From NCBI GenBank assembly GCA_965204735.1, contig OZ242008.1, positions 1,376,001 through 1,440,000 on the forward strand: 64,000 bases of DNA, read 5' to 3'. Within the stretch, counting starts at the first letter, position 1. Each line of letters starts with the position of its first letter. The translations under genes and the position numbers were made by a program. This DNA is from Longimicrobiales bacterium (GTDB lineage Bacteria > Gemmatimonadota > Gemmatimonadetes > Longimicrobiales > Gaopeijiaceae). This document shows positions 8,782 to 18,196 of the stretch, in pieces. Under the pieces are notes generated by a model. It saw only the letters and a list, made by a program, of their open reading frames with translations, was not told the DNA's origin and made no database searches.

Positions 8782-9891
8782 ATGAAGACGAGGACGAAGA
8801 CGAGGGCGACGGAGTTCGAAGGCGCGCCGCGAGCCGACGCGTGGGGGCCGAAGGCGGCGGGGCTGGCGGGGACGTTGGCGGTGGCCGTGTCGGCGGCTTC
8901 GACCGTCCCGACGGCTGCGGCCCAAGAAGTGCACCGCCTCTCGGGGCGGGAGGTCGCGGTCTACAACTTGGCGGGCGAAGTGGAGGTCGTGGCCGGGGAC
9001 GGCCCCGACGTGGTGGTCGAGGTGACCAGGGGCGGCCCCGCCGGCCAGCGGCTCCGGATCGAGACGGGGCGGGCCGGAGGCCGGGAATCCCTTCGGGTCG
9101 TGTACCCCGACGACACGATCGTCTACCGGCGCTTGGGCCGCTCCACGTCCACCGTCAGGGTGCGGAGCGACGGAACGTTCGGTGGACGGGGCGGCGGCGA
9201 GCGGGTGCGGATATCGGGCCGGGGCAGCGGACTCGAGGCCCACGCGGACCTGGTGGTGCGAGTGCCCCGAGGCGGGTCGGCGGCCGTGCGCTTGGCCGCT
9301 GGCCGTGCTCGGGCGGCGGGCGTGGTGGGCGACGTGGAGTTCGACACGTGGTCGGGCCGCGTGGAGGTCGTCGACGTTGCCGGGAACGTGGATGTGGACA
9401 CGGGCTCCGGCAACGTGACGCTCTCGGGGGTGGAGGGCGTCGTCTCCGCCGACACCGGCTCCGGCTCCGTCGAGATGGACGGCGTGTCCGGGGCGAAGCT
9501 GACGGTCGACACCGGGTCAGGTCGCGTGGAAGGCCGCGACGTAGCGGTCGAGCAGCTCCTGGTGGACACCGGGTCGGGCCGCATCCGGCTTGACGAGCTG
9601 GTCGCATCCGACGTGGAGTGCGACACGGGCAGCGGCTCCGTGCGCTTGGGCCTTCTCTCCGACGTGGACCGGCTGGTGGTGGACACCGGGTCGGGCGGGG
9701 TCCTGGTGGAGGTGCCCGACGGCTTCGGCGCCGAAGTGGAGCTGGACACCGGGGCTGGTCGAATCGACGTGGAGGCGCCGGCGAACGTCTCTCGGTCCAA
9801 GCGGGACCACTTCCGAGGGGTCCTCGGCGACGGACGCGGCAAGGTGGTGATCGACACAGGCTCCGGCGGGATCACGATCCGCCGCCGGTAA
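8782..9891 (+). CDS. DUF4097-like beta-strand repeat exported protein
   Basis: AGGAGG RBS, signal peptide ending AAAQ, many (V)DTGSG repeats, C-terminal 'G.G...IDTGSGGITI'. Confidence 0.8.
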   Translation: MKTRTKTRATEFEGAPRADAWGPKAAGLAGTLAVAVSAASTVPTAAAQEVHRLSGREVAVYNLAGEVEVVAGDGPDVVVEVTRGGPAGQRLRIETGRAGGRESLRVVYPDDTIVYRRLGRSTSTVRVRSDGTFGGRGGGERVRISGRGSGLEAHADLVVRVPRGGSAAVRLAAGRARAAGVVGDVEFDTWSGRVEVVDVAGNVDVDTGSGNVTLSGVEGVVSADTGSGSVEMDGVSGAKLTVDTGSGRVEGRDVAVEQLLVDTGSGRIRLDELVASDVECDTGSGSVRLGLLSDVDRLVVDTGSGGVLVEVPDGFGAEVELDTGAGRIDVEAPANVSRSKRDHFRGVLGDGRGKVVIDTGSGGITIRRR

Positions 9892-9999
9892 CCCCAGGGG
9901 GGACCGGCCCCCCGCGCCCCTTGCCGCGGAGACGAACCACAACGTGGTCACCGGCCACGGTTCGGCTCCCGCGTGGCCTTGCCGCCGCCTTCGGCGTGA

Positions 10000-10029
10000 G
10001 GGCTCCCGGCCGGCGCCGGCCGGGAGCCC
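10000..10029. terminator. Perfect 30-bp palindrome between convergent genes (possible bidirectional terminator or stabiliser)
   Basis: GGGCTCCCGGCCGGCGCCGGCCGGGAGCCC is self-complementary; no U-tract. Confidence 0.55.
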
Positions 10030-10039
10030 CTGCGCGCCC

Positions 10040-10618
10040 TTACCGCCGGCGGATCGGAATGTCGACCTGGTAGCCTTCCCAGCGCAGGACCAGCGTGGCG
10101 GCGTCGGCGCCGGCGTCCTCGAACGAGAAGTTCAGGGTCTCCGTGTGCTCGTGGGCCGAGACGGAGACCTCGCCGGAGCCCACGTCGTCCGCCGCGACGC
10201 CCGGGCCCATGTTGGCGCCCCACCGTTCCGCGACGCCGTTGACGAAGATCCGCCAGGAATCCCGATCGGGGAGCGCGTACAGCGAATAGGAGCCCGCGTC
10301 CACGTCGACACCCGCCACCGAGGCCGCGAACGGCAGGTGGAGTGCGGTCGCTTCGTTGGCTCCCATCCGCCAGTTCTTCTCCCCGTAGGGGTAGCTGTGG
10401 GCCTCGCCCTCGCCGCCGATGAACGTCCGGCCTTTCGCCGACGGAGCCCCGTAGCAGAGCTTGACTTGGTCGCCGCCGATCTCGACGACCGCGGAGTCCA
10501 TGGGACTGGGCCTCTCGCTGGGCGACGGGGTGCCCGAACGCACCCAGCAGTTCTGGGCCTGGATCGACGCCGGCGCGACGACGGCGACGGCGAACGCGAA
10601 CGCGAAGAGCTTCTTCAC
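10040..10618 (-). CDS. DUF2911-like exported protein
   Basis: GTG start after AAGGAGG; signal peptide KKLFAFAFAVAVVAPASIQA; motifs RPSP, YGAPSAKGR, WRMGANEAT, AGSYSLYALP. Confidence 0.8.
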   Translation of the reverse strand: MKKLFAFAFAVAVVAPASIQAQNCWVRSGTPSPSERPSPMDSAVVEIGGDQVKLCYGAPSAKGRTFIGGEGEAHSYPYGEKNWRMGANEATALHLPFAASVAGVDVDAGSYSLYALPDRDSWRIFVNGVAERWGANMGPGVAADDVGSGEVSVSAHEHTETLNFSFEDAGADAATLVLRWEGYQVDIPIRRR

Positions 10619-10631
10619 TAGTGCCTCCTTG

Positions 10632-10750
10632 CCTCTTTCAGGGCTTGGTACCCTCTTCAGGGCTTGGTACTTGGATGGCGAGGTTGTCTTGGGAACGCGC
10701 CGAGGGCGCTCCTCGAATCTATGGAATCGGCGGAATCTGTGGAATCGGCT
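10632..10750. repeat. Two pairs of short direct repeats upstream of the DUF2911-like gene
   Basis: CCTCT(T)TCAGGGCTTGGTAC twice (10632-10670) and GAATCT(A/G)TGGAATCGGC twice (10715-10750). Confidence 0.8.
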
Positions 10751-10809
10751 CCGGCGGGGCCAGTGGCGGCGTCGGACGCCGGTCCCGGGCGCCGGTGCGG
10801 CCGCGACGG

Positions 10810-10839
10810 TTGACCCTTGCGCCACCAAGTCCCTACATT
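10810..10839 (+). promoter_or_regulatory. Putative sigma70 promoter for the TPR gene
   Basis: TTGACC, 18-nt spacer, TACATT. Confidence 0.5.
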
Positions 10840-10943
10840 GTTGCATCGTCCTTGGCCGGGACCTCCCGGCGCGTCCGGTGCGGGACAGACTGCGCTGGAC
10901 GAGGGTGGACATCTTCTTGAACTCGCAGGGGGAGACGAGAGAC

Positions 10944-12701
10944 ATGAGAGGTTGGTGGGTACGCTTCGGGATCGCGGGAGCAGGCGCGCTCGTCCTGCTT
11001 GCCGGGTCTCTGACGGCGGAGTCGCGCGCGCAGACCGCGGAGCGCTACCGGGTCATGGTCACGAACCTGAAGCCCGGAGAAGACTCCGACGACGACTTCG
11101 GCAAGGACTTGGCGAAGGAGCTGCGGAAGCTCATCAACGAGTACCCGACTCATCAGCCTGTCGAAGAGCGCGAGATCAAGGACAAGGCCAAGGAGTACGG
11201 GCTCGACATGGACGAGCTGGACTGCATTCGGGCGGTCCAGCTGGCGACCCAGATGAACGTCCAGCTGGTCTTCTGCGGAGGATACGTCGAGAACAAGCAG
11301 ACCAAGGAGCTCTCCCTGTCGGGCGTGAAGTTCGCCGTGCCGGGCGGCCCCGAGTTTACCATCGCCGACCGCACGTGGGGCGAAAAGCAGCACGAGGCGG
11401 CCGCCGCCGAGGTCTCGGAGGCGTTCGAGACGTACGTGACCCAGGAGCGCCTCCGTACGTTCTGCCAGGACTACTACAACTCCAAGGACTGGACGGGGGC
11501 CGAGACGAACTGCCTCCAGGCGCTCGAGATGAACCCCGCCGACGCCGACGTGCGACTGATCTACGCGATGGTCCTCAGGGAAGATGGACGGCACGAAGAG
11601 TCCTACGCCGAGGCCCTCAAGGTCGTCGAACAGGACCCGCTCAACGAGCAGGCCCTCCAGCTGGCCGGCTACCAGGCCACCCAACTGGGTCTTCGCGACG
11701 AGGGCCGAGAGCACTACACGCGCTACCTCCAGCTGGACCCGACGAACGCCGCGGTGCGGATGAACGTCGCCTACGAGCTGGCGACGGCCGGCGACCCCGA
11801 GGGCGCGATGCTCCTGATCGAGGAGGGACTGGGGCTGGAGGCCGACAACGTGGACCTGCTGCTCCAGCACGCCGCCTTTGCGACCCGAGCCGCCCAGGAC
11901 CTGCGCGGCGACGCCTCGGCCGAGGAGCCGCTCTCCCCTGAAGTGGCCGAGCTCTACCGGAAGGCGCTGGCCTCGTACGAGAGCGCCTACGACGTGCAGG
12001 GAGAGGAGATGGACGGCGGCCACCTGCGGAACATGATCGCCGCCTACTACCAGCTCGAGCAGCTGGACGACGCGGTCGAGATGGCCGAGCGCTCGTTGGA
12101 GACTCACGCCGAGGAGGTCCAGCTCTGGTCGCTGTACGCCGACATCCTCAAGCGGTCCGACCGCCTCGACGACGCCGTGGCGGCGCTGGGCGAGCTGGAA
12201 AGCCGAGACCCGGACTACCCGAACGTCAACGCGCGGCAGGGAAGCTGGCTTCTGGAAGCAGGACGCGAGGACGACGCCTTCCCGTACCTGCAGCAGGCGG
12301 TGGAGAAGGGCGAGCAGAGAGCGGACAACATCGCCATGATGCTCTTCGCCACGGGTCACCGGAAGGGCATCGCGCCCACTTCGAAGGACTGGCCCTACGC
12401 GCTCCGCCTCATTGGGCTGGCGAAGCGGTTCGAGGACGAAGTGGAGGAGAACACGGCCGGCACGCTGGACTTCTGGCACGGCTACGTCCTCTACAACCAG
12501 GGCAAGGAAGAGGAGACGCCCCAGACCCTCCAAACGGCCCAGTCCACGCTGCCCAAGTTCCAGGAGGCCGCGCGGCTCTTCGGGCTGCGGCGAGTTGCCG
12601 CGTACGCCGCCAGCCAGCCGACGATCGACCTTCAGGTCTTCCGGGACGCGACCCAGCAGTACATCGAGATTCAGTCGGCGATCATCCAGCGGGGGAACTG
12701 A
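10944..12701 (+). CDS. Exported tetratricopeptide-repeat protein
   Basis: Signal peptide ending SRAQ; repeated helical TPR-like units (ALEMNPAD, VVEQDPLN, YLQLDPTN); strong codon bias. Confidence 0.85.
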   Translation: MRGWWVRFGIAGAGALVLLAGSLTAESRAQTAERYRVMVTNLKPGEDSDDDFGKDLAKELRKLINEYPTHQPVEEREIKDKAKEYGLDMDELDCIRAVQLATQMNVQLVFCGGYVENKQTKELSLSGVKFAVPGGPEFTIADRTWGEKQHEAAAAEVSEAFETYVTQERLRTFCQDYYNSKDWTGAETNCLQALEMNPADADVRLIYAMVLREDGRHEESYAEALKVVEQDPLNEQALQLAGYQATQLGLRDEGREHYTRYLQLDPTNAAVRMNVAYELATAGDPEGAMLLIEEGLGLEADNVDLLLQHAAFATRAAQDLRGDASAEEPLSPEVAELYRKALASYESAYDVQGEEMDGGHLRNMIAAYYQLEQLDDAVEMAERSLETHAEEVQLWSLYADILKRSDRLDDAVAALGELESRDPDYPNVNARQGSWLLEAGREDDAFPYLQQAVEKGEQRADNIAMMLFATGHRKGIAPTSKDWPYALRLIGLAKRFEDEVEENTAGTLDFWHGYVLYNQGKEEETPQTLQTAQSTLPKFQEAARLFGLRRVAAYAASQPTIDLQVFRDATQQYIEIQSAIIQRGN

Positions 12702-12727
12702 CAGGCCGCTCCCCCTGGACGGACGCC

Positions 12728-12770
12728 GAAAGGGCGCCGCGGGCCGACCGGGCTCGCGGCGCCCTTTTTC
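12728..12770 (+). terminator. Rho-independent terminator
   Basis: GAAAGGGCGCCGCGGGCC-loop-GGCTCGCGGCGCCCTTTTTC, a long stem followed by a T-run. Confidence 0.85.
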
Positions 12771-12907
12771 GTGCCCCCTGGAGGCGAGCTCGCGGCCCTC
12801 TCCCGACTGCCGCCAAGTCTCCGCACGGCCCCTGACGCTCTTCCTTGCTCTTGGGGTCGCGTTCCGCTCCTTCCGCCCGACTCGCAGGGTCTCTCTGGAT
12901 TTTTCGC

Positions 12908-12959
12908 TTGCGAAGGGGGACGTAGTGTATTAAAGTGGGACGTTGTGGGATGAAATGGG
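12908..12959 (+). promoter_or_regulatory. dcw promoter with MraZ operator repeats
   Basis: TTGCGA (12908-13), 17-nt spacer, TAAAGT (12931-36). GTGGG/GTGGG/ATGGG at 12935, 12945 and 12955 with exact 10-bp period, matching known MraZ-binding repeats. Confidence 0.8.
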
Positions 12960-12969
12960 GAAACAGACC

Positions 12970-13404
12970 ATGTCCGGACTACTAGGCCGCCACGAATTCC
13001 AGATCGACGCCAAGGGGCGCGTGAGCTTCCCGGCGGCGTTCCGCCGGAGCGTGTCCGGAAGTCCCATGGTCCTCCTCCTCCAGTGGCAGCGGACCCATCT
13101 GGAGCTCTACCCGGAGGAGACCTGGAAAGAGATCCGTCAGAAGCTGCTGGAGCACAGGAAGGCTCGGAAGGACGGCGGCGCCTACCTGCGCACGGTCACT
13201 TCCAGCGCCGTGGAGGTGGAGCCCGACCCCGCCGGCCGCATCCGCATTCCGGTGCGGCTTCGCGAGCAGGCGGGCCTGCAGGACGCCGTGCTCTTCGTCG
13301 GGGCCGTCGACCGGATCGAGCTCTGGAACACGGACCGCTTCGAGGAACAGGTGGCGTCTCGGGAGACGGAAGATGACGACTTCGCCGCGCAGATCTTCTC
13401 GTGA
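12970..13404 (+). CDS. mraZ: Division/cell wall cluster transcriptional repressor MraZ
   Basis: Two SpoVT/AbrB repeats (IDAKGRVSFPAAFR; DPAGRIRIP) and GAVDRIELWN. Alternative ATG at 12955. Confidence 0.93.
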   Translation: MSGLLGRHEFQIDAKGRVSFPAAFRRSVSGSPMVLLLQWQRTHLELYPEETWKEIRQKLLEHRKARKDGGAYLRTVTSSAVEVEPDPAGRIRIPVRLREQAGLQDAVLFVGAVDRIELWNTDRFEEQVASRETEDDDFAAQIFS

Positions 13405-14368
13405 CGAAGCGCCGCGTGGAGCATCCCCCGGGGACGCCGAGGAGCACCACCGCCCGGTGCTGGTGGAGAAGGTCGTGAGCTGCTTGGCCGGCGAAGGAAG
13501 CGACTCCGGCGGCGGACTGCTGCTGGACGGCACGGTGGGCGGGGGCGGTCACGCCGCGGCGCTGCTGGAACGCCGTCCCGAAGGCCGACTTCTGGCGGTG
13601 GACCGGGACCCGGAGGCGCTGGCCGCGGCCCGGCGGCGCCTCTCCCCCTTCGCCGGGCGGGTGCGCCTGGCGCGCATGTCCTTCCGGGAGGCGGCACGGG
13701 ACGCGGAAGCCCGGGCCGCGGGGCTGGCCGGCGCCCTCCTGGATCTGGGGGTCAGCTCCCGGCAGCTCGACGACGACGGCCGGGGCTTCACCTTCCGCCG
13801 GGGCGCGCCGCTGGACATGCGCATGGACCCGGCGGCGCCGGAGACCGCCGCCGCCTTCCTGGCGTCGGCGTCGCGGACCGAGCTCCTGGGTGCTCTCCGG
13901 GAGGGAGGAGCGCCCCGACCGGCGGCGATGGCGGGGCGCATCGTCCGGCGCCGGGAGGCCCGGCCCTTCCGGACCAGCGACGACCTGGTGGCGGCGTTGG
14001 AGTCGACGCTGGGCCGGCGCGCCGCGCAGTCGGAGAAGGCGCGCCTCTTCCAAGCGGTGCGGATGCGAGTGAACGACGAAGTGGGGGCGCTGAAGGAGGC
14101 GCTGCCCGCGATTCGGGAGTTGCTGCGCCCAGGCGCCGTCCTCGTGGTGGTGTCCTACCACTCGGTGGAGGACCGGATCGTGAAGCGCGCCTTCAGGTCG
14201 TGGAGCGAGCCGGGGGCCGACGCGCCCCGCCGCCTGCCCGTGCGGGGCGGGGACGGCTCGGCGGGGCGAGCGCTGAACCGGAGGCCGGTCGTCCCCGACG
14301 CCCGGGAGGTGGCGGCCAACCCCCGCGCCCGCTCCGCCAAGCTCCGGGCTTGGAGGCGCGCAGCATGA
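13373..14368 (+). CDS. rsmH: 16S rRNA m4C1402 methyltransferase RsmH
   Basis: Motifs HRPVL, DGTVGGGGH, DLGVSS.QLD..RGF.F..PLDMRMD, FQA.R..VN.E, SYHS.EDR.VK, NPRARSAKLR. Confidence 0.95.
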   Translation: MTTSPRRSSRDEAPRGASPGDAEEHHRPVLVEKVVSCLAGEGSDSGGGLLLDGTVGGGGHAAALLERRPEGRLLAVDRDPEALAAARRRLSPFAGRVRLARMSFREAARDAEARAAGLAGALLDLGVSSRQLDDDGRGFTFRRGAPLDMRMDPAAPETAAAFLASASRTELLGALREGGAPRPAAMAGRIVRRREARPFRTSDDLVAALESTLGRRAAQSEKARLFQAVRMRVNDEVGALKEALPAIRELLRPGAVLVVVSYHSVEDRIVKRAFRSWSEPGADAPRRLPVRGGDGSAGRALNRRPVVPDAREVAANPRARSAKLRAWRRAA

Positions 14369-14667
14369 AGGGGAGGCGTCCCATGAGCCGCCGCCGCGCG
14401 GCCGGCCGCGTCGCCGTCGCCCTCGCGGCCGTGCTGGGCGCTCTGGCCCTGGTGGCGTGGCGGCAGTCCCAGGCGCGGGAGACGATGGCGCAGCTGGAGG
14501 AGGTGGTCAGGGAGTTGGCGGTTGCGGCCGACGAGAAGGAGGAGCTGGTCCGCCTTCTGGCCCGGGTGGAAGGGCGGGCGTGGGTCGCCGCCGAGGCCGC
14601 CCGCCGCCTGGGGCTGCGTCCCCCACGGGACGGAGAGGTGGTGATTCCGTCGGGGGGCGACTGGTGA
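14365..14667 (+). CDS. ftsL: FtsL-like cell division protein
   Basis: Located between rsmH and ftsI; basic N-terminus, one TM segment, coiled coil, 'A.RRLGL..P'. Confidence 0.75.
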   Translation: MKGRRPMSRRRAAGRVAVALAAVLGALALVAWRQSQARETMAQLEEVVRELAVAADEKEELVRLLARVEGRAWVAAEAARRLGLRPPRDGEVVIPSGGDW

Positions 14668-16688
14668 GCCGGGCGGGCAGGAAGCGCGTCCAGTACCGGA
14701 GGGTCGGCGCTCGGCGACGCGCCCTGCTCCTGTCGTGGATCGGCCTGAGCGGCGTTCTGGTGGTTCGCTTGGCGGAGGTGCAGGTGATGGAGCGCGGCGA
14801 GTGGGCGAGGGAAGCCCTGGGGCAGCACCAGAAGAGCAAGGTCGTCCCCGCTCCCCGGGGCCGAATCCTGGACCGAAACGGGGGCGAGCTGGCGGCCAGC
14901 CGCTGGCGGGCGGAGGTGGGGGTCGCGCCCAACGAGCTGGAGAACCGCGAGGTGGCGGCGGCGGCCTTGGTGGAGAACCTGGGGGTTGGTCCCCGCACGG
15001 CGCGACGGGTCACGGCGGGCGGGCGGGGGTGGCACGTGGTCCCGGGGCGCTACTCCATGACCCAGGTCGCGCGGATGAGCGGGCTGCGGGGAGTGTACGT
15101 CGAGGGGGAGCTGCACCGCCTCTACCCGCGGAACGAGCTGGGCCGGGGTCTGCTGGGCACGGTCCAGGACGGAGCGGGAGCGGGCGGCGTCGAGCAGTCG
15201 ATGGACTCGGTGCTGGCGGGGCGCGCGGGCCGGCAGATCGTCGCCCGGGACAACCAAGGCCGAGACATCCCCGGCCGCGTGCTGACCGTGGAGGAGCCGG
15301 TGCCGGGTCGGGACGTGGTCCTGACGATCGACATGGACCTGCAAGCCGTGGCCGAGGACGTTCTTTCCGCCGCGGTGGACTCGGCCTCGGCCCGCGGCGG
15401 CGACCTGGTCGTGACGGACCCGGTCACCGGCGAGATCCTGGCCATGGCTTCGGTTGCGAGCGGATCGACGGGGACGCTCGCTGCCGTCACCAACGCCTAC
15501 GAGCCCGGTTCCACCGTCAAGCCCTTCACTTCGGCGGCTCTCCTGCGCCACGGCCTGGCCGCCCTGGCGGACTCGGTGGACACCGGCGACGGACGCTGGC
15601 AAGTGGCCGGGCGGGAGATCACCGACATCCACGCCGGCGGCTGGATGACCCTTCACGAGGTGATCCAGCAGTCGTCCAACGTGGGCATCGCCAAGTTCGC
15701 GTCGCGCATGACCCGGCGGCAGCAGTACACCAACCTGCGCGACTTCGGATTCGGGACGCCGACGGGGATCCCCCTGCCGGGAGAGGCGGCGGGCCTTCTT
15801 CGCCGGCCCCAGCAGTGGTCCCGCCAGTCGTCCCACTCGCTGTCGTTCGGCTACGAGCTCTCTGCCACGCCCCTGCAGATGGCGCTGGCGTTCGGGACGC
15901 TGGCCAACGGCGGGCTGCTGATGGAGCCGCGCCTGGTCAAGGAGGTTCGGGGCGCGGACGGCCTTCCCGCGCGCGTGGTCCGGCCTCGGGTCATCCGGAG
16001 GGCGCTGCCCGAATGGGTTGCCGCGACGCTGACGCCGGTGCTGGTGGACGTGGTCGAGAACGGGACGGGGGCCCGGGCCCGCATGTCGTCGTTCCTGGTG
16101 GCCGGGAAGAGCGGCACCACCCGCGCCGTGGGAGAGGACGGACGCTACGAGACGGGGGCCTACCACTCGTCCTTCGGCGCGTACTTTCCGGCCGACGATC
16201 CCCAGCTCCTCTTCTTCGTCAAGCTGGATCGACCCCAGGGCCCCTACTACGGCGGCGCCACGGCCGCGCCCGTGACCCGCACCGCGCTGGAGAGCCTGCT
16301 GTCGGCGCGCCGATCGCCGATAGACCGGCGAGCTCTTGCCCGAGTGCAGCGCCGCTACATCCCGCCGCCGCCCACGACTCCCCTGGTGCGCTTTGCCGTG
16401 GCGACCAGCGAGGCCGCAGCGCTCGGGGGGCGCTTGGCCGCCGACCTGGGCGGAAGCGCGTCCCGCGCCGCCGGCTTCGCGCGCGCTCGGGAGCACGACC
16501 CTCGCGATCGGGAGATGCTCGTTCCCGACCTGGGCGGTGCTTCGGTGCGGGTGGCCCTGCGACGGCTTCACAAGATGGGGTTGCGGGTGCGGTTGGAGGG
16601 CAGCGGGTCCGTGCAGGGAACCGTTCCGGGGGCTGGTGCGTCGGTGTGGGCGGGGGACACGATCCAGGTGCGGGGGAGGCGGAAGTGA
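14664..16688 (+). CDS. ftsI: Penicillin-binding protein 3 (FtsI) with C-terminal PASTA domain
   Basis: RGRILDRNG, LTID..LQ, EPGSTVK (SxxK), SSNV (SxN), KSGT, PASTA-like VPDL.G. Confidence 0.93.
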   Translation: MSRAGRKRVQYRRVGARRRALLLSWIGLSGVLVVRLAEVQVMERGEWAREALGQHQKSKVVPAPRGRILDRNGGELAASRWRAEVGVAPNELENREVAAAALVENLGVGPRTARRVTAGGRGWHVVPGRYSMTQVARMSGLRGVYVEGELHRLYPRNELGRGLLGTVQDGAGAGGVEQSMDSVLAGRAGRQIVARDNQGRDIPGRVLTVEEPVPGRDVVLTIDMDLQAVAEDVLSAAVDSASARGGDLVVTDPVTGEILAMASVASGSTGTLAAVTNAYEPGSTVKPFTSAALLRHGLAALADSVDTGDGRWQVAGREITDIHAGGWMTLHEVIQQSSNVGIAKFASRMTRRQQYTNLRDFGFGTPTGIPLPGEAAGLLRRPQQWSRQSSHSLSFGYELSATPLQMALAFGTLANGGLLMEPRLVKEVRGADGLPARVVRPRVIRRALPEWVAATLTPVLVDVVENGTGARARMSSFLVAGKSGTTRAVGEDGRYETGAYHSSFGAYFPADDPQLLFFVKLDRPQGPYYGGATAAPVTRTALESLLSARRSPIDRRALARVQRRYIPPPPTTPLVRFAVATSEAAALGGRLAADLGGSASRAAGFARAREHDPRDREMLVPDLGGASVRVALRRLHKMGLRVRLEGSGSVQGTVPGAGASVWAGDTIQVRGRRK

Positions 16689-18196
16689 GCGTGGCGCTTT
16701 CGGAAGTCGTGGCGGCGGTGGAGCGCGCAGGCGTGACCGTCGACGACCCGACCACGAGCGACGCGGCGCCGGGAGGAGCCCGCGGCCCTCGGCACGGCGA
16801 CGTGGAGGTTCGGGGCGTCCAGCACGACTCGCGGCGCGTGGGGCCGGGCGACCTCTTCGTCGCGTGGGCCGGGGCCGCCCACGACGCTCACGAGCACGTG
16901 GCCGCCGCCGGGGCGGCCGGGGCGGCCGCCGCCTTGGTCGAGCGGCCCGTCCCCGATGCAGGGCTGCCCCAGGTGCAAGTCGACAACGCGCGCTTGGCCG
17001 CCGCGGCCGCCGCCGGCTTCGTGGCAGGGTCGCCGTGGAAGACAATGCGGACCGCCGCCGTGACCGGCACCAACGGCAAGACGAGCGTCGCCCTCCTCCT
17101 GCGCGGAGTGCTTGCGAGCAAGGGGCCGGCGGCCGCCGTGGGCACCTTGGGGGTGATCGGCGCCGACGGCCGGAGCTGGGCCGGCACGGAGGGCCTGACC
17201 ACGCCGGGTCCGGTGCAGCTGGCCGGGTGGCTCGCCGAGCTGGCCCGCTCCCACGTTGCCGCGGTGGTGATGGAGGCGTCGTCCCACGCCCTGGACCAGC
17301 ATCGGATGGACGGGGTCCGCTTCGACGTGGCGGCGTTCACGAACCTGACTCGCGATCACCTGGACTACCACGGCAGCCGGGAGCGCTACTGGGCGGCCAA
17401 GGCGCGCCTGCTGGAGCTGGGAAAGGACGACGCGACGGCCGTGGTCAACGCCGACGACCCTGCCTGGCGCGGACTGCCCACGCCCGGTCGCGTCGTGACC
17501 TACGGCACGGCCGCCGACGCGGACGTGGCGGCCCGAGGAGTGCGCCTCGCGGCGACGGGTTCGGCGTTCGACCTGGAGCACGGGGGGCGCCGGGCGCCTG
17601 TCGCCTTCCCGCTGCCGGGCGGCTTCAACGTCTCCAACGCGCTGTGCGCCGGGGCGTGCGCGCTCGCCCTGGGTTGGGAGCTGGAGGAGGTGGCGGAGGA
17701 ACTCTCTCGCGCCGCGCCGGTTCCGGGCCGGATGGAAAGGATCGTGGACGAGCCCTTCAAGGTGCTTGTGGACTTCGCCCACACGCCCGACGCGCTGGAG
17801 CAGGCGCTGAAGGCGCTTCGCCCCCTCGTCTCCGGCAAGCTGATCGTGGTCTTCGGGGCCGGAGGCGACCGGGACCCGGCCAAGCGTCCGATGATGGGGG
17901 CGGCCGTCGCCCGGTGGGCGGAGCTCTCCGTCGTGACCTCGGACAATCCGAGGACCGAGGACCCGGCGAAGATCGTGGCCCAGGTCGCGGCAGGGGCGGC
18001 GTCCGCCTCCCGCAAGGTGGAGATCGTGGACCGCCGAGAGGCGATCCGCTGGGCGTTGGACGCGGCCGAGCCGGGCGACGCGGTGCTGCTGGCCGGGAAG
18101 GGCCACGAGACCTACCAGGAGGTGGGCGAGGAGCAACTTCCCTTCGACGAGCGGGCGATCGTGGGAGAGCTGCTGGCGCGGGAGGACGGCCCGTGA
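16685..18196 (+). CDS. murE: UDP-MurNAc-tripeptide synthetase MurE (meso-DAP type)
   Basis: VTGTNGKTS, LTTPG, MEASSH, FTNLTRDHLDYHG, VDFAHTPD, DNPR (DAP specificity motif), AGKGHETYQ. Confidence 0.95.
   Translation: MSVALSEVVAAVERAGVTVDDPTTSDAAPGGARGPRHGDVEVRGVQHDSRRVGPGDLFVAWAGAAHDAHEHVAAAGAAGAAAALVERPVPDAGLPQVQVDNARLAAAAAAGFVAGSPWKTMRTAAVTGTNGKTSVALLLRGVLASKGPAAAVGTLGVIGADGRSWAGTEGLTTPGPVQLAGWLAELARSHVAAVVMEASSHALDQHRMDGVRFDVAAFTNLTRDHLDYHGSRERYWAAKARLLELGKDDATAVVNADDPAWRGLPTPGRVVTYGTAADADVAARGVRLAATGSAFDLEHGGRRAPVAFPLPGGFNVSNALCAGACALALGWELEEVAEELSRAAPVPGRMERIVDEPFKVLVDFAHTPDALEQALKALRPLVSGKLIVVFGAGGDRDPAKRPMMGAAVARWAELSVVTSDNPRTEDPAKIVAQVAAGAASASRKVEIVDRREAIRWALDAAEPGDAVLLAGKGHETYQEVGEEQLPFDERAIVGELLAREDGP

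Noticed and set aside
9925..9973. tRNA-like element (contains GGTTCG)
   Set aside because: Folds as a single bulged hairpin; no cloverleaf, anticodon arm or CCA end.
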